The notes: generated from the sequence alone by a model not told the origin. Positions 24,843-36,540 are shown, counted from the stretch's first letter. The stretch is DNA of 64,000 nucleotides from Mobula hypostoma (GCF_963921235.1 NC_086103.1:97030001-97094000), one strand, 5' to 3'. Numbers and translations: made by a program.

Positions 24843-26168
24843 TATAGAGAGTGCATGGATTAAAAACCTGACAACCTCTGCCAAAAAGCTTAAACTGGGA
24901 AGGAAGTTCATCTTTCAAGAGGAAAGTGGCCCAAAGCACACTGCTAGAGCTTCAAATGAAGAAATTGGTATCTTTGAGTGGCCCAGTCAGGGTTCTGACC
25001 TTAACCTGATCAAACATCTCTCGAAAGAGCTCAAGATTGCTGTCCAACATTACCCCAAACTAAGCTGGCACAGCTTGCGCAATTTTGCAAGAAGGAATGG
25101 GCAATTCTTGCTTTATCACGTTGTGCAAAGCTAATAAGGACTTATTCAAAAAGACTACTGGCTGCATTGGCTGCGAGAGGTGGTTCAACTAAGCACTGAG
25201 CAAATGGGGATGAATACTTTTGAACTGACAGTTCAGTTTTTCATGATTTTTGTGCTCTACTGCGAAAAAAAGTGAAAAAAACGTGAAAAAGGCATATGTG
25301 ATTCACAAATAAAAATTCTCTGTTAAATTGAACCTCTGGTTGTAACACTCATTTACATGAACAAAAGGCTGGGGATTGAATACTTTTACAAGGCACTGCA
25401 TATTTTTATTGGAATGTTAGAAAAGTACCATGGACTACAGGGGGAATTACAGGGTTTTGTTGAGTCACAATAAGGGAAAAGTATTTTGAACTTCACAATG
25501 GGGAACTACTATATTTAAAAATAAACAGAACTAAGACTATTACTCTCTGGTAGAATTTTCTATTTTGTCAAGTATAATCTGAGTTCAAAAACATTTTTCA
25601 CAATTAAAGTCAGCAAACATCGACTGAATAACGTTTCTTAATGTACATTAAGAACCATCTTGAGAGGTACTAATCAATCAGTTTTATGGACATAGTCACT
25701 TTAAAGCTCTGAATCATATTTCAGACTACCAGTTAACTTTCCATGGCACAATGCAATGCATCATAACGCAAGTGGTATGACTATTTGTTTCAGATAAGCA
25801 ATATCTTGATCAGGACAATGCTCTCTGGAGACAATAGGAATGTTATGCACTTTATTTGCACTAGCTGAATCATTCATATTCCACAAGCTTGTAATAATAT
25901 CTAGTTTATTTTAAACATATACTTGAAGGTTCCTTAAACACTTAAAAAAAAACCTGATAGGGTAAAATGGGGAAGAGACCATATTTGGAAATGGGTGAGG
26001 TTCTGATTCCAATATAATGTGGTTTATTCTAAATAAAGTCTAACAAAAAGTCTTCTGCTAAAACACAACATTGAGACAATGCTGTTACATAAATTGCCAA
26101 TCCACACAAATGCAAATTTTTGACTACAGAATAAATCCAAAGCTTATCTCACATGCGCACACACAAAC

Positions 26169-26262
26169 CTTGTTCAAGAAGGGATCTTCTTCCTCGAAAT
26201 ATTCTTTTTCTTTCTGTTGATTTCTCCCTGTTGTGCATGTTTTTCTCAAGAGATTCACTGAC
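26169..26262 (-). CDS. TNFSF13B: TNFSF13B (BAFF) coding exon 2 (stalk with furin site)
   Basis: Acceptor TTTGCTTTATAG| and donor AAG|GTTTGT; 94 bp, phase 0 to phase 1. Translates VSESLEKNMHNREKSTERKRIFRGRRSLLEQ, with R-G-R-R|S matching the R-X-K/R-R furin site of BAFF exon 2. Confidence 0.85.
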
Positions 26263-26366
26263 CTATAAAGCAAAACATACAATTTTAAAATATTCATCAT
26301 ATGACAACAGATGGTAAGGGATCTGGTTTGAGCGATTGCAATTCTTTTGGATTTAATTAGCTGTAC

Positions 26367-26624
26367 CTGATTTACTGAAGTATTCCAGTTGGTTGAAACA
26401 CCCTTGCTCATCCTCATCAATGCTTGTAAGTAATCCCTTTGGGACCTGTACATTCCCAAATCCTCTTTTAGAGCTGAGATTTCTGCTTGTAGTGCACAAA
26501 CTTGGCATAGAGTTACTGCGGTTATGTAGGCCAACAAGAAAACTGCAGAAGTAAGGATGAAGGCAGAGCAAATCAGTTTTCTGTGTTCTGTGTGGTATTC
26601 TTTCCTTTGTTGTAACATCTTCAT
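26367..26624 (-). CDS. TNFSF13B: TNFSF13B (BAFF) coding exon 1 (cytoplasmic tail, type II transmembrane helix, start of stalk)
   Basis: First in-frame ATG at 26624 (MKMLQQRK...). KLICSAFILTSAVFLLAYITAVTLCQVCALQAEISALKEDL aligns with human KLLAATLLLALLSCCLTVVSFYQVAALQGDLASLRAEL. Donor CAG|GTACAG, phase 0. Sits downstream of ABHD13 on the same strand, as in tetrapods. Confidence 0.88.
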
Positions 26625-27445
26625 CTTCAACCCACTTTTCAACCACTGCAGCACAATAATCCGTTCAGCTTGGCAAACTTCACATTTATTCACATATTAT
26701 TCACGCTTGCTGAAAGTTGACTTTCTCTGTAAAGTTTTCAAGTTCTGCATTTGCACACAATTATACCGCTGCACAGTTTGAACTGTAATTAAACAATGAT
26801 TGATCGGCAAGATACTTTCTTCCTAATACAAACTCCACCTCCTTTGAAGACTCCTCCCTTCAAATATAACTTCCCCAACTTGCCCAGTCAATCTTGTTCT
26901 GTGTTATTTATTGCCTACAACACCTTTCTTTCTTCATCATTTTGGAATGATCTTAATTGATTGGATGTGACAGTTATCTTCATTCTCACTATAACTTGCC
27001 ATGGAAAAAGGGAGTTGCCTTTTGTTTTGATGACCTTGAGACTAAGAAGCCAGTTAATAATAGTAACTATGATATTTAATGCTATGCTATATTTCAATTT
27101 GCCATTCTCTGTATAGTGGCTTTTCTCTTATAAATGTTGTAATATTTGGGGAGGGTCAGCCCCTTTTGGGATGTCAGTGGGTCTCTGAAGTAGTGACAAT
27201 GTATGAGATCCTGCTGAGCTACACATTCACCAGGACGCAACCCTCTGCCTTTCCTTGTTTATCCTTACTGCTCTGAATCCAAGGGCTAATCTTGTTAAAG
27301 CATCTGGGAATCTAGTATTCCCAAAAGCTTTAGAAGATATGTTGTCTGCCCTACTCAATATTTACAGCAACCACTGGGATTGCTCCAATTCACAATCAGG
27401 ACCTCAAAGATCTGTGACTGTAACATCCAGAAAGAAAAGGGTAGC

Positions 27446-27580
27446 ATAGATAAAGGCATCCATGAATGGCAAGCTCTCCTTACTGTCTGAAGCCAGCCCA
27501 TAACAGACATTTATAGATAAAGGCATTCATGAATGGCATGCTCTCCTTACTGTCTGAAGCCAGCCCAACACAGATATTTA
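27446..27580. repeat. 67-bp tandem duplication (2 copies)
   Basis: ATAGATAAAGGCAT[C/T]CATGAATGGCA[A/T]GCTCTCCTTACTGTCTGAAGCCAGCCCA... starts at 27446 and again at 27513. Confidence 0.9.
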
Positions 27581-27948
27581 CTGAATCAATATCCCAAGAC
27601 TCATCATTGTACTTTCAAAGGCAATATGACAAATACATTATGGATTAGACAACAGGTGTACCTTTGATAATGGTGCCAAAGGTATAAAAATTGATACAAA
27701 AAGTAATTGGATTCTAACAATTAACAATAATAAAGTGAAATAGAATAAAATAGTAATTTACCTTCCTCTTTTTCCTCATAACAATCCTAAGTCTTCCCTG
27801 AAATCAGTGGGGTTTTCCAGGGATTTTGCTTGGGATGGATCATTTCAGGTATGAGAAGAGAATGGAAACACTAAGACTGTTTTCCCTGGATAGCAGGAGT
27901 TTGAGAGGAGAGAGGACATATTTGAAGTATGTAAAATTATGGGTTAAT

Positions 27949-28165
27949 GCACACAATGTGCTGAAGGAGCTCAGCCGGTCAGGCAGCATCTATGGATGGG
28001 AATAAACAGTTGACGTTTCAGGCCAAGATCCTTCATGATGAAGGGTCTCAACCCAAAGCATCAGCTGTTTATTCCCATCCTTAGATGCTGCCTGACCTGC
28101 TGAACTCCTTCAGCACATTGCGTGTACCGCTCTAGATTTCCAGCATCTGCAGAACCTTGTGTGTG
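27949..28165. mobile_element. Second miniature palindromic PLE-derived element (related subfamily)
   Basis: Inverted arms centred on CCTTCATGATGAAGG (~28030-28044). The right arm ends TTCCAGCATCTGCAGA, like the other PLE ends. No clear TSD. Confidence 0.75.
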
Positions 28166-28944
28166 TAGTCGTGGTCTCTCTCGCTGCTCCTGAGGGAAGG
28201 TTCTTGCGTTTGAGTGATCTCTCTCTCTCTCCCACAATGCTGTTGGCAGATGGTACTGGAGCAAGGTTTAATCAACGCGGGCTGTAGATTTGGACTCTAA
28301 TTCAGGTTTATGATGTGTTCTAGCTTCTAGTTCTTGTTCCGGTCGCTCTTTTTTTTTACTACTTTTGGGAAGTTTTTGAATCAGGGCCACCTGTAAATAA
28401 TAAACACTGAGCTGAACTGTTCCTTACTGAAATACGCCTTTTCATTTTGTTTTACATTCTTGTGTTTTCACTTGTTTTTTTGGTTGCTGTTTGTGCAATT
28501 TTGTTTTGCGCTTGGGGGAGAGTATTTAATTTAATTAAAGCCTATTGTGTAAATACCCACTTTTAATAAATATTTTTCAAAATGTTACAAAGTAGAATCA
28601 TACATTTTCCACTCAAATCTCAAGGAAGTGGGGAAAATATTATCAGGTGAGTTTAAACGAATTAAGAGAGCCAAGTCCCAGTGAATGAACGGCGCGAGGG
28701 AATCAGAGCCCTTCCAATTTGGAAGAGAGCGAGAGAACTCAGCACCCAGTAAATGAAAGAGCACAGGAAGCTGGGCCCCATCAGTGGATGGGACCATGGG
28801 AACCAGCATTCAGAGTCACATGCTGAATCATGGCACTTCCAGACTTTGACATAGTTCACTGGCTAATATTGCTAACTTTAGGTTTTTTAATGATTTCAAC
28901 ATATTTATTAAAGTTTATGGGGGATAGAGAAGTGAAGTGAAAGC

Positions 28945-30740
28945 AAGGAGGCCCTAAAGGGGAGATGAAATGGCCTTGGCAAGCAGATTAAGGAGAATAA
29001 TCATAACTTTTATATACATATTACAAATAAGAGTTCAGCAAGGGAAAAGGTAGGAGCATTCAAGGATCAAGGGAGGAATCTGTGTGTCAGACCAGGGATA
29101 TGAGTGCATACTTGTCATTTTATCACCAGGGAGAAAGATGTGAAGGCTGGAGAGTTATGGGGGGAGGTGAGTTGATATCCTAGAATATGCTTACATCAGG
29201 AAGGGTGTTAGGTACTGGCATACATTAAGGTGGCTAAATCCCCAACGCCTGATGGGATCTATTCCAGGATGCTATGGGAAGGAAGGGAGTGGATTATTTC
29301 ATTGATAGCTTCAGATGACATAATATAGCAAATGTTGTTCCCTTATTGAAAAAGGTTAGTGTAAACAAACCAGGAAACCACCAGGCCAGTAATCCTTACA
29401 TCGTGGTAAGGAAATTACCAGAAAACAATTCTAATGAAGAGTAATTACATATACTTGGAAAGGCAGAGACACATTTGGGACAGTCTGCATGGTTTTGTGT
29501 GGGGGGGAATCCCGTCTTTCAATTTTTTTACTAAGAAAACTGAAGACAGAGTAGTATTCATAGTAAATATAGACTTTGGTAAGGCTTTAACAAGGTCCAG
29601 GTAAATTTCCCAGTTGAAATCATGTGGGATCCAAGTTGTGCTGCCAAACTGGATTCAAAATTGACTTGATGACAGGAGGCAGAGGGAAATTGTCAAGAGC
29701 ACTTGGAAGTGTGTACTGTGGGGATTGCTGCTGAGACCTTAGTTGTTTGTGATATACATAAATTACTTGAATGAAAGCAGATGTGATCTGATTATGCCAA
29801 AGTTACAAATATGGGAGGAGCTGTAGATAGTAAAGAAGTTTGTCTAAGGATAGCCAGAAAGAAATTAGCTGGAAAATTGGGTGAAATGATAGGTGGAGAC
29901 AGGTTTGAAGAAATGTATTTTGGGATATCAAATATAGGCAGAATATATAGAGTTAATGGCAGGGAGATCAGGAATTTTGATGTACAGAGATGCTTTGAGG
30001 TGTAAGTTCATAGTTCCCTGAAAATGGAAACACAGTTGCAGAGAGTCATGAATGAAGCATTCAGCATGCTTGCCTTCATTGGCTGGGCATTGAGTACAAG
30101 ATTTAGGAAGTTATGTTACAGCCACACAAAATACTGGTTAGATTGCACCTGTATCGTGTACAGTTCTGGCTGCCACACTTAAGGATGTGGTAGCAACAAA
30201 ATATTGTTGAGAATGTTGCCTGGAATGCAGGGCTATAGATAGGGCAGATAGACTAGGTTTAGTCTCATTGCAGTGGAGGATGCAGAGGAGCGACCTGATA
30301 GATATTTATATAATTGAGTGCATTAATTACATTATGAGAGGCACACAATGGATAAAGCAAACAGTCTTTTTTCTTCCAGGATGGGGAAGTCTAAAACTGG
30401 AGACCACATGCTTAAAGTACTGTTAGAGGTAAGAAATTTAAAGGAAATCTGAGGATAACATTTTTAGATTGAGAGGACAGAAGTAATATGAAATGAATTG
30501 CCAGAGAAGGTGGAAAAGGCTAATACAATGGAGGTTCCAACCTGTTTGCTGCCATGGACTAATACCATTGAGCGAGGGGTCCATGGCCCCAGGCTGGGGA
30601 CCCTGCTTTAAAGGGAGATTGGTGAGGAAAGGTGCAGTAGGATCTGAGCCTAATGCAGATGAAGGGCATTAGCAAAGTTACGCATTGTGATCAGCATAGA
30701 TGTTTGGAGCTGTAGTGCCCACTTCTCTGCTGAGCTTTCT
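28945..30740 (+). mobile_element. Highly degenerate CR1 LINE (ORF2 remnant to 3' end)
   Basis: AAATCCCCAACGCCTGATGGG (KSP.PDG), GCAAATGTTGTTCCCTT, CATGGTTTTG, GACTTTGGTAAGGC and CAGTTCTGGCTGCCAC occur in CR1 order. Confidence 0.75.
30527..30606. mobile_element. ~80-bp hAT-like MITE remnant
   Basis: GGAGGTTCCAACC...GGCTGGGGACCCTG imperfect terminal inverted repeats. A related copy lies in the opposite orientation at 54231-54310. Confidence 0.5.
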
Positions 30741-30829
30741 AATAATATTAGCTAATATTAAATTATTTGCAGTCATATTGGATTAAAAAAGCCTTTGGAG
30801 TATCTGTAAATATACAGATACAGATAAGG

Positions 30830-33800
30830 CCATCAGACCACAAGACAAGGGAGCAGAATTGGGCTATTTGGCCCATCGAGTCAGCTCTGCTATTCAAGCA
30901 TGGCTGATCCTTTTCTCCCTCCTCAGTCCCACTCCCTGGCCTACACAGGTAACAAATTCCACAAATTTACCACCCTCCGGCTAAAAAAATTTCTCAGCAT
31001 CTCTGTCTTAAATAGACATCTCTCTATCCTGAGACTGTGTGCCCTTGTCCTAGACTCCCCAATATGGGAAACATCCTTTCCACACCTACTCTGTCCAGGC
31101 CTTTCAATATTTGAAAGGTTTCAATGAGAGCCACCCGCATCCTATGAAATTCCAGCGAGTACAGGCCCAGAGTCATCCAAACATATCTTGTATGATAACC
31201 CTTTCATTCTCAGAATCATCCTTGTGAACCTCTTCTGAACCCTCTCCAATGCCAGCACATCTTTTCTTTGATGAAGAGCCCAAAATTCTTCACAGTACTC
31301 AAGGTGAGGCCTCACCAGTGCCTTATAAAGCCTCAGCATCACATCCCTTCTCTTGTATTCTAGACTGCTTGTAATGAATAGTAACATTGCATTTGCCTTC
31401 CTCACCACCAACTGTACCTTCAAAGTAACCTTCAGGGTGTTCAGCACAAGGACTCCCAAGTTCCTTTGCATCTCGGATTTTTGGATTTACTCCCCATTTA
31501 GAAAAGTCTGAACATTTACTTCTACTACCAAAGTGCACGACCATGCATTTTCCACCATTGCATTTCTGTAGTTCTTCTAGTGTTACCTCAACGCTACCTG
31601 CCCCTCCACCAATCTTTGTATCATCTGCAGACTTGGCAACACAGCCATCTATTCCAACATCTAAATCATTGATATACAGCATAGAAAGAAGCGGTCCCAA
31701 CACCGACCCCAACGGAACACCACTAGTCACTGGCAGCCAACCAGAAAAGAATCCTTTCATTTCCCCCTCACTATCTCCTACCAATCAACCAATGCTCTAA
31801 CCATGCCAGTAACTTCCCTGTAATACCATGCTCTTATCTTGGTAAGCAGCCTCATGTGTGGCACCTTGTCAAGGGTTTTGAAAGTCCACATATACAACAT
31901 CCACTGCATCCCCTTTATCTATCCTACGTGTAATCTCCTCAAAGAATTCTAACAGGTTGATCAGGTAGATTTTCCCATAAGGAAACTATGCTGAGTTTAT
32001 CCTATCTTGTCCTGTGTCACCAAGTACTCCATAACCTCATCCTTACTATTTGACTCCAACATCATCACAACCACTGAGGTCTGGCTAACTGGTCTATAAT
32101 TTCCTTTTTGCTGTCTTCCTCCATTCTTAAAGAGTGGAGTGACATTTGCAATTTTCCAGTCCTCTGGCACCATGTCAGAGTCCAATGATTTTTGAAAGAT
32201 CATTACTAATGCCTCCACAATCTCTAATGCTACCTCATACAGAACCTGAGCGTGCAGCTCCTCTGCTTCCGGTGACTTATGTTCCTTTTTGAGCACCTTC
32301 TCCCTTGTAACAGTCACTACACTCACCTCTCTTACCTCACAGCGTTCAGCATCTGGCACAGTGCTAGTGTCTTCCAGTGAAGACTGACACAAAATACTCA
32401 TTTAGTTCATCTGCCATCTCCTTTTCCCCTTTTATTATTCCATCGGCCTCATTTTCTAGTGGTCCTGTATCCACTCTCATCTTTCACTCCTAATGATTCT
32501 TTCTGTTGCTCTCTGTAGGCTTTTAAACACTTCCCAATCCTCTGACTTCCTACTAAATTATGCTATGTTGCATGCCCTCTCTTTTGCTTTTATATTAGCT
32601 TTGACTTCCCTTGTCAGCCATGGTTGTATTATTTTGCCATTTGTGTATTTCTTTGTTATTGAAACTCACCTATCCTACACCTTCCTCATTTTTCCCAGAA
32701 ACTCACACCATCGTTGCTCTGCTGTCATCCCTGCCAGCATCTCCTTCCAGCTTACTTCAGCCAACTTCTCTCTCATACCACTGTAATTTCCTTTACTCCA
32801 CTGAAATAGTGCTGCGTCAGACTTTACTTTCTCCCTATCAAATTTCAAGTTGAACTCAATCATGTTGTGATCATTGACTCCTAAGGGTTACTTTACCTTA
32901 AGTTCCCTATGTTCATTACATAACATCCAATCCAGTAGAGCTGATTCCTTAGTAGGCTCAACAACAAATTGCTCTAAAAAGCCATCTTGTAAGCAATCAA
33001 CAAACTCACACTCTTGAGATCCGTTGCTAACCTGATTTTCCCAATTGACCTGCATGTTGAAATCTCCCATGACTATCATATATTGCCCTTTTGACACGTC
33101 TTTTCTTTTTCGCTTTGTAATCTGTGGTCCACATCCCAGCTACTGTTGGCGGGCCTGTATATAACTGCAGTCAGGGTCCTTTTAAGCTTGCAGTTTCTTA
33201 ACTCAACCCACAATGACCCAACATCTTCCAATCCCATGTCATATCTTTCTACTGACTTGGTGCTATTCTTCACCAGCAGAACCACACCACCCCCTCTGCC
33301 TACTTTCCTATCTCTCCAATACAACACAAAACCTTGGACATTCAGCTCCCAGCTACAACCTTTCTTCAGCCACGATTCATTGATGGCCACAATATCATAC
33401 CTGACAATCTGAAATAGTGCAACAAGATCACCCATCTTATTTCTTATACTCCATGCATTGAGATATAACACTTTGAGTACTGTATTTGCTACCTTTTTTG
33501 ATTTCGCATCCCTGCTGGCTGCAATTTTGTCCTATCATCTGCCTGCCCTTCCTGACAGTCTGACTGCATACTCTGCTTTTAAACTATCCATCATATCCTG
33601 AGTCATTTCACTCTGGTTCACAGCCCCCTGTTAGTTAGTTTAAACCCTCCCAGGCGGCTCTAACAAACCTGCCCGTGAAAATACGGGTCCTCCTCACTCA
33701 GGTGCAACCATCACTTTTGTACAGATCATATCTCCCCCAGAAGAGATCCCAATGATCCAAGATCCTGAAGCCCTGCCCGCTGCACCAGCTTCTCAGCCAC

Positions 33801-34232
33801 AAATTAATCTGTCATTTCATCCTATTTCTACCCGACTGGCGCATGGCACAGACAGCAATCTAGAAATTACTACCCTGGAGGACCAGCTTCTCAGCTTCTT
33901 AAATACCTAGTTTTCCCAAATACTCTTTTCAGGACTTTGCTTTTCCTTCTATGTCATTCGTACAAATATGGTCCAAGACATCTGGCTGCTCTCCCTCCAA
34001 AATACTGTGGATGCTATCCTCCTCATCATCCCTGACCCTGGCAGCTGGGAGGCAATATACCATCTGGGTATCTCGTTCACGTCCACGGATTCTCTTGTCT
34101 GTTTCCCCTGACTATTCAGTCCCTCTTCTCCCTCCTTCCCTTCTGCACTACAGATCCATGCTCAGTGCCAGTTACCTGGTCTCCATGGCATTCCCCTGGG
34201 AGGTTATCCCCCACAACAGTATCCAAAATGGA
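30830..34232 (-). mobile_element. Long degenerate CR1 LINE including ORF1 3' part, APE endonuclease and RT
   Basis: ORF remnants LYLNAWSIRNK and VIYRP (33076-33471), MGDFN (32888-33097), NYRPVS (31997-32401), SGVPLGSVLGP..SADDTK (31323-31784) and LVRPHLEYC (31142-31471). The 33640-34000 stretch resembles the reverse complement of the ORF1 segment at 63.6-64 kb. Confidence 0.92.
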
Positions 34233-34269
34233 CTGTTAAAAACATTGCATTGATACACAGTGTAATTTT

Positions 34270-34885
34270 GGGCCCTAGTCCATACAGACTTGAAGGTAGC
34301 AACGTAAAAAGATAGAGTGGTAACAAAGACATACAACACACTTATGAGGGCTTGACGTTTAGGAATCAGGACGTCAGCTGCAATTGTTTGCAGTTCTGGT
34401 CGCCCAATTACAGGAAGTTTCTGGCAGCTTTGACGGAAGTTCAGAAAAGGTTTACCAGTATGCTGTTTGGTTTAGAGGATATTAACTACAAGAGAATGTT
34501 GGGTAAACTTGGATTGTTTCTTCTGGAGTATCAGATGCTGAGGGGACACCTGCTAGAAGTTGATATCATTATGAAAGGTTTAGACAGGGTAGAGAGCCAG
34601 AATCTTTTCCCAGAGTAGCATTGCTTTAAATTAAGTTGGGTAAAGTGTAAAGGGGACATGCAGGGCAAGTTTATTTTTCATTTTACACAGAGCAGCAGGT
34701 AAGCATGTGTAATATACTGCGAGTGGTGGTAATGGAAGCAGATATTATGGTGATATTCAGAAGCCTTCAAATAGGCACAGGAATAGCCAAAGAATGGAGG
34801 GATATGGATTATGTTTAGGCAGAAGGGATTAATTTAATTTGACATGTGCAATGTCACTGTGGATTGATGGGTCTGTTCCTATACT
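34270..34885 (+). mobile_element. CR1 3' fragment
   Basis: ORF 34352-34618: CLQFWSPNYRK...VQKRFTSML...LGLFLLE..LRGHL. Confidence 0.8.
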
Positions 34886-35464
34886 CCACTGTCAATAAAA
34901 AAAAATTGCATTCTTTCTTATCTGCAAGGAATCCATGTCCACACCCCTTGCGGATAACAAGGACAAGACTAATTAATGTCAATGGAACCCTCTTTTTAAT
35001 ATCTCCACTACATATCTCTAAACTATCCTGTTAAAAAAAAGTTTCATCTGATGAATATGCAATAGAACTTGCACTGTACTGCATTTAAAAATAGTCAGGT
35101 TGCTTCATAAGTTGATGGAAATTCATTTTTAGCTAAGTAAAAATCCCTCCTTGCACCTGCAGCATCCAGTTGATTTTTAATTTTAAAGCTTATGTGGCAG
35201 TTGCTGCCATGCAATCATGTTGAAATTAAGCTTTTTAGCTGTATTAAGCTTCCCTTTCTCTGGTTTAAAATCTATTGGTCAGCCAGCCAAAATACATTTT
35301 ATTAAAACGTCTCCAGTTTTCCTTTTCTACACTTTGAATTTCACCTAATTTGATCATACAACAGTGTGGCCATTCTACGCATTGCTTTCTGCAGTTAATA
35401 TGAAATAAGGTGCATGATCTTATAGGACAGTGTGAAACTGGAAAGTAGGATGTTATGCGCATCA

Positions 35465-36428
35465 CAGAGCTGCGGTAGAAAGATCACACCAAAGGTATAG
35501 ATCCTAACGAAAAGGTGGGCAAAAGATAACCCTGCTGGTTAAAAAAAAATCCAGAGTAAGAAGTGACAAAAGATCAGAACATGTAGAATTTTTGTGGGTA
35601 AATTTAAGAAATTGCAAGGGTAAAAAGATCCTGATGGGAGTCTAAATATACAGGCTTCCAATAGTAGCCAGGATATGAGGTGCAAATTACAATAGGAGAT
35701 AGAAAAGGCATGTAAGAAAGACAATGTTATGGTGACATGGGGGTCTTCAATGGGCAGGTAGACTGGGAAAATCAGATTGGCACTGGATCCCAAGAGAAAT
35801 TATTTGTAGAATGCCTATGAGATGGATTTTTAGAACAGCTCTGGTTGACCCCACTAGAGATTTATTGATCTGCAATGAACCAGATTTGATTGGAAGGCTG
35901 TGCTCATGATAGAATTCAACCTGTAATTTGAGATGGAGATGATGAAATTAGATGCACTGGCATTAGTTTGAGTAAAGGTGACTACAGAAGCATAAGAGAG
36001 CAGCTGGCCAAAGATAGACAGATAGGGATCTTAGCAAGGATGTTGGTAGAGCAGCAATGGCAGGGGTTTCTGGGAGTAATTCAGAAGACAGAATATTATT
36101 TCACTCCAGCATTCTAAAGGGAGGATGAGGCAACAGTGGCTGACAAAGGAAGTCAAAGAAAGCATAAAAGCAAAAGCAATGATATACAATACTGCAAAAA
36201 TGAGCAGGAAGTGAGAGGACGAGGAAACTTTTGGAAACAAACAGAAAATAACTCTGTGGAATTCATTGCCAGCTATTGCTGTGGAGACCACTCATTGGGT
36301 AAAATTAAAGCAAAGGTTGATAGGTTCTTGATTAGTAAGAGAGAAAAGGGTTAAGAGAGAATAATAAATTAGCCAGGATCAAATGGTGGTGTAGATTCAA
36401 TGGCAGAATGTTGCTCCTATGCCTTACA
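35465..36428 (+). mobile_element. Internally deleted CR1 (endonuclease region joined to 3' end)
   Basis: Reverse-complement similarity to 32.5-33.2 kb and 48.9-49.5 kb, followed by the CR1 3' terminus (AAGGTTGATAGGTTCTTGATTAGT...GCTCCTATG). Confidence 0.75.
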
Positions 36429-36529
36429 GAATATTTTCATCTTAGAGAACCGCAGCTATTATTGCTAAGCTACCATAAATCCACTGCAGAAAAAAAACAA
36501 ACATAATTAGGATGAAAATTTAAATAAAC

Positions 36530-36540
36530 TTTATTTTATT
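36530..36540 (-). terminator. Candidate ABHD13 polyadenylation signal (overlapping AATAAA x2)
   Basis: Plus-strand TTTATTTTATT at the end of a ~1.8-kb AT-rich, apparently repeat-free stretch downstream of the ABHD13 stop codon. Confidence 0.5.

Larger units (their letters stand above)
20813..25398 (+). mobile_element. Degenerate Tc1/mariner DNA transposon carrying two Penelope-derived insertions
   Basis: Inverted termini CAGTGCCTTAAAAAAGTATTCAGACCCC (20813) and GGGGATTGAATACTTTTACAAGGCACTG (ends 25398). Transposase remnants start ATGAAGACTAAAGAGCAT (MKTKEH, 24078) and include GAGTGGCCCAGTCAGGGTTCTGACCTTAACC (WPSQ.SDLN) near 24.98 kb. The expected TA TSDs are not preserved. Confidence 0.85.

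Noticed and set aside
25740-25825. Possible BAFF exon 3 after a minus-strand TCTCCAG acceptor-like site
   Set aside because: The required phase-1 frame hits a stop after about 11 codons and shows no TNF-domain similarity.
26124-26693. 189-aa single-exon protein from the ORF track
   Set aside because: It starts at GTG and reads through intron 1. The spliced two-exon model restores the furin site and the expected intron phases.
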